Notes: generated from the letters alone by a model not told the origin. Positions 5,513 through 13,911 are shown, numbered from the stretch's first letter. The stretch is DNA of 17,022 nucleotides from Candidatus Iainarchaeum sp. (GCA_003559395.1 PWLL01000018.1:1-17022), one strand, 5' to 3'. A program made the numbers and translations.

Positions 5513-6292
5513 ATGACTATAAGAAATAATGCAAAAATTAAAAAAAAAGTTGGAAGAGAAAGAGAAACAACTGAAACAGTATCCAGAGTATTAAGAAATA
5601 AAGTTGAGTCTTGGGGGTCATATGGACATAAAGAAAAATATTTTTTGTTGTTTAAAACTATTCTTCAAAATAAACCAATTTCTTTTTTAGAAAAAAGATT
5701 TAGTAATACCAATATAAAACCACAAGTTATGTTTTTAGGACCAGGAAAAGGAGGCTATATTCCTGTTTTCAATTCTGTTTTATATTCAAAAAAAATAACC
5801 CCCGAAATAGATGTATTTGCGTTAACTAGAAATCTTTCTGAAGAAGCAAAAAGAATTGTTCGAAAAGATTTTTCCTCAAATGACACCAAAATTCCTTTTG
5901 AAAGATTAAATACTAAAACAAGAACAAAAAAAGTAAAAGAACTTCAAGAAGCTTTTCTTCATAAATATGATTTGATAATGGCTCCTCTAAGTGTAGGCTT
6001 TCACACTTTATACCCTGCAAATGCTTTATTTACAACTGCTTTAATGTTAAAAAAAAGAGGTAAAGCATATGTTCAAATAAGTGATCAATTTGCTCAACAA
6101 TATTTATTTACAAGATCACCTCCTATGAAAAAACATTTTGAAATGTTAAACAATTTACCTCAAATATTTCAACGTTTTGTAGAGGCTCATAATAAAAGAA
6201 ACAACACAAAATTAAAATATACTTTAAAAAAAATAGAAAATAGTAAAGATATTAAAAAAAGTATTTTTTTTGAAATAACAAGAACAAGTTAA
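5513..6292 (+). CDS. Hypothetical protein, possibly a divergent Rossmann-fold (methyltransferase-like) protein
   Basis: The ORF is open from TTG 5489. The first ATG is at 5513, which is the start used here. VMFLGPGKGGY resembles a nucleotide/SAM-binding motif I. YDLIMAPLSVGFH and KKRGKAYVQI resemble later Rossmann strands. I recognise no confident family. Its TAA stop overlaps the stop of the convergent permease gene within TTAA (6289-6292). Confidence 0.5.
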   Translation: MTIRNNAKIKKKVGRERETTETVSRVLRNKVESWGSYGHKEKYFLLFKTILQNKPISFLEKRFSNTNIKPQVMFLGPGKGGYIPVFNSVLYSKKITPEIDVFALTRNLSEEAKRIVRKDFSSNDTKIPFERLNTKTRTKKVKELQEAFLHKYDLIMAPLSVGFHTLYPANALFTTALMLKKRGKAYVQISDQFAQQYLFTRSPPMKKHFEMLNNLPQIFQRFVEAHNKRNNTKLKYTLKKIENSKDIKKSIFFEITRTS

Positions 6293-7524
6293 AAGATGTT
6301 TCTTAAAGCATCTACTGGTTTTAACTTTGATGCTTTTTTAGAAGGAAAGATTCCAGCTATAACTCCAACAAATAAAGATAAACCCATTGCTAACAAAACA
6401 ATTTGTGGTGTTAGAACAATTATAAACATATCAAAACCTTTAGTTATGGCATAATATTCAACAAGCTTAGCAATTCCATAACCTAGTCCAATACCAATAA
6501 TCCCACCTATTAAAGAAAGAACAACTGATTCTACAAGAAAAATAAAAACAATGTCTGATATTTTTGCACCAATTGATTTTAAAATCCCAATTTCTTTTAT
6601 TCTTTCAAGAACAGAAGTATATATTGAGTTCATGATACCAATACTTCCAACCACAACTGAAATTAAAGCAATTGCAACTAAAACAACAGTCAACATATTT
6701 AGTACCATCTGTATCATATTTAATATTTGTTGAGATGTAATAACTATAAATGTGTCTTCTTCATGATCTCTTTCAAGTCTTCTTTCTACTCTTTCTTTTG
6801 CATATTCAATATCTTCTCTATCATCTATTCTTAACATTATTTGTTCAAGCCTTTCTCCAATTCCAAAAAGAGATCTACCTACTTCTAAAGAAGTGTATAT
6901 TTGTGAATCATCTTGTACATTTCCTACAGATTCTAAAATGCCAACAACTCTAAAATCATATCCATCCACCTTTATTCTATTTCCGACTTCTACTTTTCTT
7001 TCAAAAAAGTGATCTGCAAAATAAGGGCCAACAACGATTTTTCTTGAAGTTTGTCCTTGTATAGATGTTCCTTCTCTAAGTTCTAAACCCATTAAATCTA
7101 TTACTTCATCAAAATCTTTTTCAGAAATAAAAGCATTTAACTGAAATTTTTCTTCACGCCTAAATTCAATAGAAGACATTTTATATGAATATCCAAAGGC
7201 TTTGTCTATTTCTGGCAATCTTTCTAAATTTTGTAAATCTCTATCAGTTAGTTGTTGTTCTGTTGCAGTTCTTGTACTTAGGTTTGAAAAATCTCCTGTT
7301 CTTCCGCCACCAAAAGTAGATGGGATAACAAAGATGGTATTTGTTCCAAAAGTTTCAAACATACTTTCAACTGAATTAAAAAGTCCTGTACTTAATAATA
7401 TCAAAGCAATTACTGCAGTGATACCTATAACTACAGATAAAACTGTAAGAAAAGATCTTACTTTTCTTCTAAAAATGTTTTTTACAGTTAAATTAAGTAA
7501 TTGTTTTATTTTTTCGGAATTCAT
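6289..7524 (-). CDS. ABC transporter permease, MacB/FtsX family (N-terminal TM, large extracytoplasmic domain, C-terminal FtsX 3-TM bundle)
   Basis: 411 aa. Motifs: RRKVRSFLTVLSVVIGITAVIAL at the N-terminus; VGSIGIMNSIYTSVLERIKEIGILKSIGAK (FtsX-domain signature); C-terminal IFPSKKASKLKPVDALRN. Confidence 0.9.
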   Translation of the reverse strand: MNSEKIKQLLNLTVKNIFRRKVRSFLTVLSVVIGITAVIALILLSTGLFNSVESMFETFGTNTIFVIPSTFGGGRTGDFSNLSTRTATEQQLTDRDLQNLERLPEIDKAFGYSYKMSSIEFRREEKFQLNAFISEKDFDEVIDLMGLELREGTSIQGQTSRKIVVGPYFADHFFERKVEVGNRIKVDGYDFRVVGILESVGNVQDDSQIYTSLEVGRSLFGIGERLEQIMLRIDDREDIEYAKERVERRLERDHEEDTFIVITSQQILNMIQMVLNMLTVVLVAIALISVVVGSIGIMNSIYTSVLERIKEIGILKSIGAKISDIVFIFLVESVVLSLIGGIIGIGLGYGIAKLVEYYAITKGFDMFIIVLTPQIVLLAMGLSLFVGVIAGIFPSKKASKLKPVDALRNIF

Positions 7525-7533
7525 ATACTATCT

Positions 7534-8793
7534 TTATTTTTTAAACAATTTTAAAATGTCTTTATATGCTGGTTTAACAATAATCTTAAATAACCATTTA
7601 AGTATGATTATAAAAAGACTTAAACTAACAACACCTACAACAACATATAATATGCTTGTTATTACTAACATAAGGCCTGTTGTTTGTGCAGGTTGACTTA
7701 TAATATCAACTTCTATTGTTTCTGTTATTGTTTGTTCATCAAGATTGCTGTTTTTATAGATTATTTTTATATCTAGGTTATGTTTTCCCGATACGTCCAA
7801 GGTATCAAATCTTAGTTCTATATTGTCATAATTGTCTTTTTCTATAGTTCCTAAAAAATACCTTACCTTTCTTTCAAGAGCGTCACTTGTAAGCTCTACA
7901 TAAACTGATTCAGCATCAACATTTCCAACATTGTATATCTCTAGATCAATTGATTCTCTATTGTTTGCTTCAAAAGAATAGTTTGTACCAACTCTTTGTA
8001 AGTTTAATAACAATTCAGGATTGTCAATAACTTCAAAGCCAACATGTCTTTGAATAGCATATTCTCCTTCATAGTCTTTATAGGATATATTTATTGGTAA
8101 AGTATAGGTTTTGTTTGTTGCGTATCTGTCAACAAGTATACTAAATTCAACATAGTTTGTTTCACTAGCTCTAAGACTTTCTATATATTTTGTTTTTATA
8201 TCTAAAATTTTTATATCTTCATCTTCAGAATCACTCATTGTTACAAAAATATCTCTTGCATCTCTTCCGCTAAGATTTTTAATCGTAAGACTAATGTTTG
8301 ATCTTGAACCAATCTTTACAGGATCAACAGATGTATCTATAATATCTACAATTGCTTTTTGAGAAGCTACATCTAAATCATATTTTTGTATGTTGTATAT
8401 CTCTAGACCCTCTCTTCTGTATTTTAAACTAATCTCATATGTGCCTGCTGGCGCATTATATTCTGTTTTAAGATTAAATTTTAATATCTTGGTTTGATGT
8501 GGTGCAATTTTGTTTATTGTTCCAGAAATCTTTTCTTCTTCAACAAGACTAAAAGGATATTCTGGTTCAAGAATATATTCTATATTGTTTGCTTCAACAT
8601 TACTTGTGTTTGTTAATTGTACCCACAACTCAAAATGGTCTCCTGGATTTATGGGTGTTGGCCTATAGTTGTATGTTGTTGCATCTAAGTTTACTATATC
8701 ATAGTTTTGTGTAGCAGAAACTACATTTGTAAATAGCATAAAAGCTATTATAAAAAAGAAAACAAAACTTATTTTCTTTATATTTTCAGACAT
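7534..8793 (-). CDS. Secreted, C-terminally membrane-anchored protein with three CARDB/COG1361-like beta-sandwich repeats
   Basis: Signal peptide: KKISFVFFFIIAFMLFTNVVSA. Three segments fit the CARDB-like pattern: PINPGDHFELWVQLTNTSNVEANNIEYIL, PVKIGSRSNISLTIKNLSGRDARDIFVTM, NNRESIDLEIYNVGNVDAESVYVELT. C-terminal TM helix: LMLVITSILYVVVGVVSLSLFIIIL. GAGGTG SD lies upstream. Confidence 0.7.
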   Translation of the reverse strand: MSENIKKISFVFFFIIAFMLFTNVVSATQNYDIVNLDATTYNYRPTPINPGDHFELWVQLTNTSNVEANNIEYILEPEYPFSLVEEEKISGTINKIAPHQTKILKFNLKTEYNAPAGTYEISLKYRREGLEIYNIQKYDLDVASQKAIVDIIDTSVDPVKIGSRSNISLTIKNLSGRDARDIFVTMSDSEDEDIKILDIKTKYIESLRASETNYVEFSILVDRYATNKTYTLPINISYKDYEGEYAIQRHVGFEVIDNPELLLNLQRVGTNYSFEANNRESIDLEIYNVGNVDAESVYVELTSDALERKVRYFLGTIEKDNYDNIELRFDTLDVSGKHNLDIKIIYKNSNLDEQTITETIEVDIISQPAQTTGLMLVITSILYVVVGVVSLSLFIIILKWLFKIIVKPAYKDILKLFKK

Positions 8794-8823
8794 TGTTTAT
8801 TCACCTCAAATTTTTAAATTTTA

Positions 8824-10017
8824 TTATTCTTCTCTTAAAGATTCTATTGGTTCATGCTTTGATGCTTGGTATGCTGGTAAAAAACCAGAAATAATTCCAA
8901 CCAAAAAAGAAAACCCCAAACCAAAAAAACAAACCAAAGGATTTATTGAATATGCAAATTCTGCACCTAGTAGGTCAGCAATTACACTTACACTTATTGC
9001 AAGTCCAATACCACCCAACGTTCCAAGAAAACCACCAATCAAACCAATAATTCCTGCTTCAAGCAAAAATATGGTTAAAATATCTGTGTTTTTTGCTCCA
9101 ATTGCTTTAAGTATTCCTATTTCTTTTTTTCTTTCTACTACTGATGTGTACATAGAGTTCATTATTCCTACTCCACCAACTAACAAAGAAATACTTGCAA
9201 TCCCAATTACAACAATTGAAACAATGTTTAATATTTCTCTTTGTTGTTCAGCTGTTCTTGCAGGAGTATTTACATCATAGTCATCTCGTCCTCTAAATCT
9301 GTCAAGTCTTTCATCTATTCTTTCTCCAACTGCTTCAATATCTCTATTTTCTTTTATTATAACATAGATTTTATCTATTATTTCTTCTTTAACATTAGTT
9401 ATTTCTCTAATATTTTCAATAGAAACAAACATTCTTCTGTTTTTTCTTTGATCACCAGTATCATCTAATACACCTACAACATTGTAGGTTTGTGTGCCTA
9501 GTCTTAACCTTGTTCCTACATCTATTCTTCTTTTAAAAAGATTTTCATAGTCGTTATAATAATCATATCCTACAATTATATCCCGTGATCTACTATTTGA
9601 AAAACAAGCTCCTCTTAAGATAGTCATATCTTCTTGTTCAAAAAATTCTTCAAGATTATCAATCTTATAGCCTGTAATATTTATAAAACTTAATTCATTA
9701 TTATAATTTATTCTTACAACACTTTCAATTGCAGGCACAACAAAATCAACATCAAAAATCCTTTCAATTTCTTGAACATCTTCGTTTGTGAACCCCGACT
9801 CTGACGCTCCTCCAAATGTTAAAAATTTAGAAGCTACAGTTATTTTTCTTGCACCCATTCTATCAAATTCACTAGTTATGCTATCTTGTAAACCTTGTGC
9901 TAAAGACATTAAAGAAACAATTGCTAAAACACCTACGATTACACCAATGATTGTTAACCAGCTTCTTAGCTTTCTTCTTTTTAAGTTTTTTATAACAAAT
10001 GGAACTAAACCAATCAT
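8824..10017 (-). CDS. ABC transporter permease, MacB/FtsX family (paralog of 6289..7524)
   Basis: 397 aa. Motifs: RRKLRSWLTIIGVIVGVLAIVSL; VGGVGIMNSMYTSVVERKKEIGILKAIGAK; C-terminal FLPAYQASKHEPIESLRE. Its ATG overlaps the upstream ATPase TGA stop (ATGA). Confidence 0.9.
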   Translation of the reverse strand: MIGLVPFVIKNLKRRKLRSWLTIIGVIVGVLAIVSLMSLAQGLQDSITSEFDRMGARKITVASKFLTFGGASESGFTNEDVQEIERIFDVDFVVPAIESVVRINYNNELSFINITGYKIDNLEEFFEQEDMTILRGACFSNSRSRDIIVGYDYYNDYENLFKRRIDVGTRLRLGTQTYNVVGVLDDTGDQRKNRRMFVSIENIREITNVKEEIIDKIYVIIKENRDIEAVGERIDERLDRFRGRDDYDVNTPARTAEQQREILNIVSIVVIGIASISLLVGGVGIMNSMYTSVVERKKEIGILKAIGAKNTDILTIFLLEAGIIGLIGGFLGTLGGIGLAISVSVIADLLGAEFAYSINPLVCFFGLGFSFLVGIISGFLPAYQASKHEPIESLREE

Positions 10018-10709
10018 TTAATTTTCACATTTTTGTCTTCAACAATTAGTCCATCTTTTATTTTTATTTGTCTTTTTGTTTTTTCAGCTATGTTTTTATC
10101 GTGGGTTATTATTATTATTGTTTTTCCTTTTTTGTTTAAAGTATATAATAATTTTAGTATTTCTTTGCTTGATTTTGAATCTAAGGCGCCACTAGGTTCA
10201 TCTGCTAAGATGATGTCTGGGTTGTTGGCTAAAGATCTTGCAATAGCAACTCTTTGTTGTTGACCTCCAGATAATTCTGTTGGTTTATGATCAAGTCTTT
10301 CTCCTAAACCAACACTTTTTAAAATATCTTCACAATGACATTTTCTATCTTCAACTTCTTGAAATAACATTGGTAGTCTTACATTTTCTAAAGCCGTTAA
10401 AGTTTGAATAAGATTAAACTCTTGAAAAACAAAACCAATTTTTTTACCTCTTATTCCTGCTAGTTGATTTTCTGTATAGTTGTTTATGTTTGTTTTATCT
10501 ATATATACTTCTCCGTTAGTAGGAAGATCCAAAGCACCAATAATGTGCATAAGAGTAGACTTGCCTGATCCAGAAGGACCCATGATAGAAGCAAAATCTC
10601 CTTTATATATTTTTAAGGAAACTCCTCTCAAGGCTTTTACTTCGACTTCTCCCATCTTATATATCTTATGAACATCTTTAAGTTCTAGAACTATTTTTTT
10701 TTTAACCAT
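10014..10709 (-). CDS. ABC transporter ATP-binding protein, MacB/LolD-type
   Basis: Walker A GPSGSGKST, Q-loop FVFQEFNL, signature LSGGQQQRVAIARSL, Walker B IILADEPSGALD, H-loop IIITHD. The ORF track starts it at TTG 10739. The first ATG (10709) gives the typical N-terminus MVKKKIVLELKDVHKIYK and overlaps the HTH gene's stop by 8 nt (ATGGTTAA). Confidence 0.93.
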   Translation of the reverse strand: MVKKKIVLELKDVHKIYKMGEVEVKALRGVSLKIYKGDFASIMGPSGSGKSTLMHIIGALDLPTNGEVYIDKTNINNYTENQLAGIRGKKIGFVFQEFNLIQTLTALENVRLPMLFQEVEDRKCHCEDILKSVGLGERLDHKPTELSGGQQQRVAIARSLANNPDIILADEPSGALDSKSSKEILKLLYTLNKKGKTIIIITHDKNIAEKTKRQIKIKDGLIVEDKNVKIK

Positions 10710-10926
10710 GTTTTTTCTTTCTTTTATTTTTAAAATCAATTATGAAAATTTCTTCTATATTTTTTTTTCTAAAAACTTTTGTTAAATCTATTGCTAATTT
10801 TAAAGAAGGGTTATATCTGTTATGTTCTAACGCATTTACAGTTTGTCTTGTTATTCCAGTCATGTCTGCTAGTTCTTGTTGTGTCCAATTGTTATTTAGT
10901 CTAAGTTCTTTTATTTTGTTTTTCAT
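10702..10926 (-). CDS. Xre-family helix-turn-helix transcriptional regulator (short COG1476/YozG-like type)
   Basis: MKNKIKELRLNNNWTQQELADMTGITRQTVNALEHNRYNPSLKLAIDLTKVF is a canonical Xre HTH. ATG at 10926 is preferred over the track's TTG at 10935. Confidence 0.88.
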   Translation of the reverse strand: MKNKIKELRLNNNWTQQELADMTGITRQTVNALEHNRYNPSLKLAIDLTKVFRKKNIEEIFIIDFKNKRKKKHG

Positions 10927-10938
10927 TTTTTTCAATAT

Positions 10939-11085
10939 TTATTTTTTTTTAAAATACCAACCAATTATTAACAAAATTATTCCTATAAGAATAAACCATG
11001 AATAAAGGTTCCAGTCAATAAGCGCTGTAAAAAAAAGAATTACAATTGCAAAAACAATTAATATAGCATCTTTTGTTATTTTCAT
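10939..11085 (-). CDS. Small 2-TM membrane protein (48 aa) at the head of the HTH-ABC operon
   Basis: Not in the ORF track because it is under 60 aa. From ATG at 11085 to TAA at 10939-10941 it reads MKITKDAILIVFAIVILFFTALIDWNLYSWFILIGIILLIIGWYFKKK. It has two hydrophobic helices and a basic tail. It ends 12 nt before the HTH ATG. Small membrane proteins are commonly paired with this short Xre regulator type. Confidence 0.5.
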   Translation of the reverse strand: MKITKDAILIVFAIVILFFTALIDWNLYSWFILIGIILLIIGWYFKKK

Positions 11086-11262
11086 AAATTTCTCGTTTGT
11101 TTTAAATATTTGTAAATGTATAATATATGTTACATATTTATCTATATATCAAAACCTTTTTAAATAGTTTTTTTTAATTTTGTTTTTGTTTTATTTTTAC
11201 AAAAAAACAACTCTTTATAAACATTAATATTTACATATATTTATAGATAAAAATGATTATTT

Positions 11263-12294
11263 ATGATATTAGGAAACGAACTTAGTGCAATTATTTGGTT
11301 TTTAGTATTTGTTGTTATTGGACTTTTTTTAGGACAAATCTTATCTGGATTTGGAAAAATACTAGTTACTAAAAAAGAATATAATTCAAAGATGTATAAA
11401 ATTATGTTAAACATCTTTAAACATCCAGAACCAATAAAGCTGATTTTCTTGTTTTTGTTTATTAATCTTGGTTTGTCTTATCTAACTATTCCTTTAAACA
11501 TTTTAGTTTTTATTCAAAGAGCAAGTCATGTAGTCTATGTTTTTATGGTTGCTTGGATAGTTATTAAATTTGTGATCGGACTAATAGACGAATATATAAG
11601 TCCAAAAACTAAAGATAAAAAAACCCACCAAATCATTCCAGCATTAAGAACTTTAACAATCGTTGTTTTTTTAATTTTTGCTGTTTTAGTAATCTTGTCT
11701 AATTTTGGATATAATATAAGTACTTTGTTAGCTGGACTAGGTATCGGTGGTTTAGCTGTTGCTTTAGCATCTAAAGATCTTTTAGAAAACCTCATTAGTG
11801 GAGTTATGTTGTTTTCAGAAAAAAACTTTAATGTTGGAGATACTATCAGTATAAATGATACTTTTGGAGATGTTTATGAGATAGGACTAAGATCAACAAA
11901 GGTAAGGACTTTTGATGGCACTCTTGTGGTTTTACCAAATTCCAGTATAGCAAACGGACGATTTGAGAATCTTTCTTTTAGAAAAAAGCGAAGAGAATTT
12001 TTTACAATAGGTGTTGTATATGACACAAGTGTTGCAAAACTAGAAAAAGCAAAAGCAATAATTAAAAACGTACTTAAGAAAAACAAAAAAGTTGATTCTG
12101 AAAATATTTTCGTTTCTTTTGAATCTTTTAATGATTATTCATTAGATATAAGAATTATTTATTTTATAGAAGAAATGAACTATGGTAAATTTTTAGAAAT
12201 AAAAGATAAAGTAAACACAAACATAAAAAAAGAGTTTGAAAAAGAAAAAATACAAATTGCTTTCCCAACACAAACCATAGAACTTAAAAAATAG
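11263..12294 (+). CDS. mscS: Mechanosensitive ion channel, MscS family
   Basis: 343 aa with N-terminal TM helices followed by the MscS core: GIGGLAVALASKDLLENLISGVMLFSEKNFNVGDTISINDTFGDVYEIGLRSTKVRTFDGTLVVLPNSSIANGRFENLS. A C-terminal alpha/beta domain follows. Confidence 0.9.
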   Translation: MILGNELSAIIWFLVFVVIGLFLGQILSGFGKILVTKKEYNSKMYKIMLNIFKHPEPIKLIFLFLFINLGLSYLTIPLNILVFIQRASHVVYVFMVAWIVIKFVIGLIDEYISPKTKDKKTHQIIPALRTLTIVVFLIFAVLVILSNFGYNISTLLAGLGIGGLAVALASKDLLENLISGVMLFSEKNFNVGDTISINDTFGDVYEIGLRSTKVRTFDGTLVVLPNSSIANGRFENLSFRKKRREFFTIGVVYDTSVAKLEKAKAIIKNVLKKNKKVDSENIFVSFESFNDYSLDIRIIYFIEEMNYGKFLEIKDKVNTNIKKEFEKEKIQIAFPTQTIELKK

Positions 12295-12300
12295 TTGCTT

Positions 12301-12912
12301 ATGAACAACACTCCAGAAAAAGAACATTCAGACCCTAATGACTTTTATACAAAAGAAGAAGCTAAAAGATATGATAATAATACAGGTATGAAAAAATCAC
12401 AATTTCTTTTAACAAAAATTGCACTTGATATAGCTGATATAAAAATAAACAAAGATATAAAGATATTAGATATTGGTTGTGGAACAGGGTTTTCTTTAGA
12501 ATTTCTTTTTCAAAAAGGCGCCTCTAAGAAAAATCTATATGGTTTAGATCCTTCAAAAGAAATGCTTTTGTTAGCTAAGAACAAAAACTTTAAAGTTTAT
12601 GAAAGTTCTTTTTTAAAGCTAAAAAATATTTCTGAAAAATTTGATATTGTAATCTCAATTTCTGCTTTACAATGGATACTAACTAATAAACCACATATGC
12701 AAATAAAAAACGAACTTAAAACACTAGCAAAAAATATTTGTTCTCTTTTAAAAGAAAAAGGAGTTTTTGTTTGTCAATATTATCCTCCTTTTCAAGAAGC
12801 AAACGAACTTCTTATTTCTAGTTTTAGAAAGAATAGGTTTTTTGTAGAAGAACATATTTACAATAAAGAATCACCTAAAAAAAGAAAATATTTTATGGTT
12901 TGTAGAAAATAG
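12301..12912 (+). CDS. Class I SAM-dependent methyltransferase, Bud23/WBSCR22-like (small-subunit rRNA m7G methyltransferase family)
   Basis: Collinear similarity to Bud23/WBSCR22 along the whole length: PEKEHSDPNDFYTKEEAKRYDNN (compare [22 protein letters not shown]), ILDIGCGTGFS, GLDPSKEML, FDIVISISALQWIL, VCQYYPPFQEANELL, and C-terminal KKRKYFMVC. ATG 12301 is preferred over TTG 12295, which directly abuts the mscS TAG stop. Confidence 0.82.
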   Translation: MNNTPEKEHSDPNDFYTKEEAKRYDNNTGMKKSQFLLTKIALDIADIKINKDIKILDIGCGTGFSLEFLFQKGASKKNLYGLDPSKEMLLLAKNKNFKVYESSFLKLKNISEKFDIVISISALQWILTNKPHMQIKNELKTLAKNICSLLKEKGVFVCQYYPPFQEANELLISSFRKNRFFVEEHIYNKESPKKRKYFMVCRK

Positions 12913-13038
12913 ACGTTTTTAGGAAAATAAAACACATCTATTTAAAATAGTTTAGGATAATATATTATTTTTTAATAAATAAACTAATGTTTATATACTT
13001 CTAAGTTTTAATATATATAGATAAAAGAAAGATCAAAT

Positions 13039-13911
13039 ATGAAACCTATAAAAATAATCGTTTTTTTAATAATATTTGTTGGTTTACAAAATATTTATGC
13101 AAACGAAACATCAATAGACAATCTTGATATAAAGGTAAGGTCGTCTGTAGAGATTGACTTAGTTTCAGACTATCAAATAAACACACCAAATATACAAGTT
13201 GCAGAAAAAAACAATCTAAAAATGATTAGTGGACAAGATCTATTATTAAAATATAACTTTTATAATAACTTAAGCTATTCCTTTAAAATCGATTTTTGGT
13301 TTGATTATGTTTTAGAAGAATTTTCTGAATTTGATTTTTTATTGTTAGAAGAAGTTGCTTTTAAAGAAGACTGTATAGATAAAGGACGTATTTTAAGATA
13401 TAACAACACAGATGTAAAAATACAAAAAGATAATAAAGAACATTTTTTGTGTGTTATAAAAGACTTAAAAGATCTTTCTAAAATAAGCTTTAAACTTAAA
13501 CCAGAAGAAAATAACAAATATTTTTTACTAAGATCAACTCCTAGAATATTAGATAAAGAAGGAAGAAGATATAATCTTAATAGTTTTGTAGATATACAAA
13601 AACAACAAATGTTTGCAGAAGATACAGAAGAAACAGAAGATACAGAAAGAATAATAAGAGAAGAAGATAATGTTACACTAAACCCAAACTTTCAAGATAA
13701 TAACAAAAGCAATTTAGAAAACTCACAAAACATAGAAGGACTCTTAGAAAAAACAAACAATATAAAAAGTGGAATCACTGGTTTTGTTACTTTAGGTTTA
13801 TCACCTTTAGCTGTGATATTTATTGGTTTGATATTAGTTGTTGGCTTAGCTTTACTAATTACTAAGAAAAACAAAAAATTTGATAATATTGATGATCTTA
13901 ATAGATTATAA
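13039..13911 (+). CDS. Secreted protein with N-terminal signal peptide, acidic low-complexity linker and C-terminal TM anchor
   Basis: Signal-like N-terminus MKPIKIIVFLIIFVGLQNIYA. Acidic stretch AEDTEETEDTERIIREEDN. C-terminus GITGFVTLGLSPLAVIFIGLILVVGLALLITKKNKK plus a 14-aa tail. I recognise no family. Confidence 0.6.
   Translation: MKPIKIIVFLIIFVGLQNIYANETSIDNLDIKVRSSVEIDLVSDYQINTPNIQVAEKNNLKMISGQDLLLKYNFYNNLSYSFKIDFWFDYVLEEFSEFDFLLLEEVAFKEDCIDKGRILRYNNTDVKIQKDNKEHFLCVIKDLKDLSKISFKLKPEENNKYFLLRSTPRILDKEGRRYNLNSFVDIQKQQMFAEDTEETEDTERIIREEDNVTLNPNFQDNNKSNLENSQNIEGLLEKTNNIKSGITGFVTLGLSPLAVIFIGLILVVGLALLITKKNKKFDNIDDLNRL

Noticed and set aside
7202-7696. 164-aa plus-strand ORF spanning the junction between the permease and the CARDB-protein gene
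   Set aside because: It is antisense to two minus-strand genes that have strong family signatures and it crosses their intergenic gap. It has no recognisable motifs and is typical of shadow ORFs in AT-rich DNA. The same reasoning applies to 6551..6733, 6750..6953, 9071..9280, 9241..9468, 9788..10021, 10033..10263 and 10480..10671.
10742-11005. 87-aa plus-strand ORF opposite the Xre HTH gene and the 48-aa TM gene
   Set aside because: The minus strand encodes a textbook Xre helix-turn-helix that is translationally coupled to the ABC ATPase. The plus-strand product is a featureless hydrophobic shadow ORF.
13618-13650. Short imperfect tandem repeat GAAGATACAGAA GAAACAGAAGATACAGAA
   Set aside because: It is simply the coding sequence for the acidic EDTEETEDTE linker of the 13039..13911 protein. 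It is too short and degenerate to treat as a separate element.
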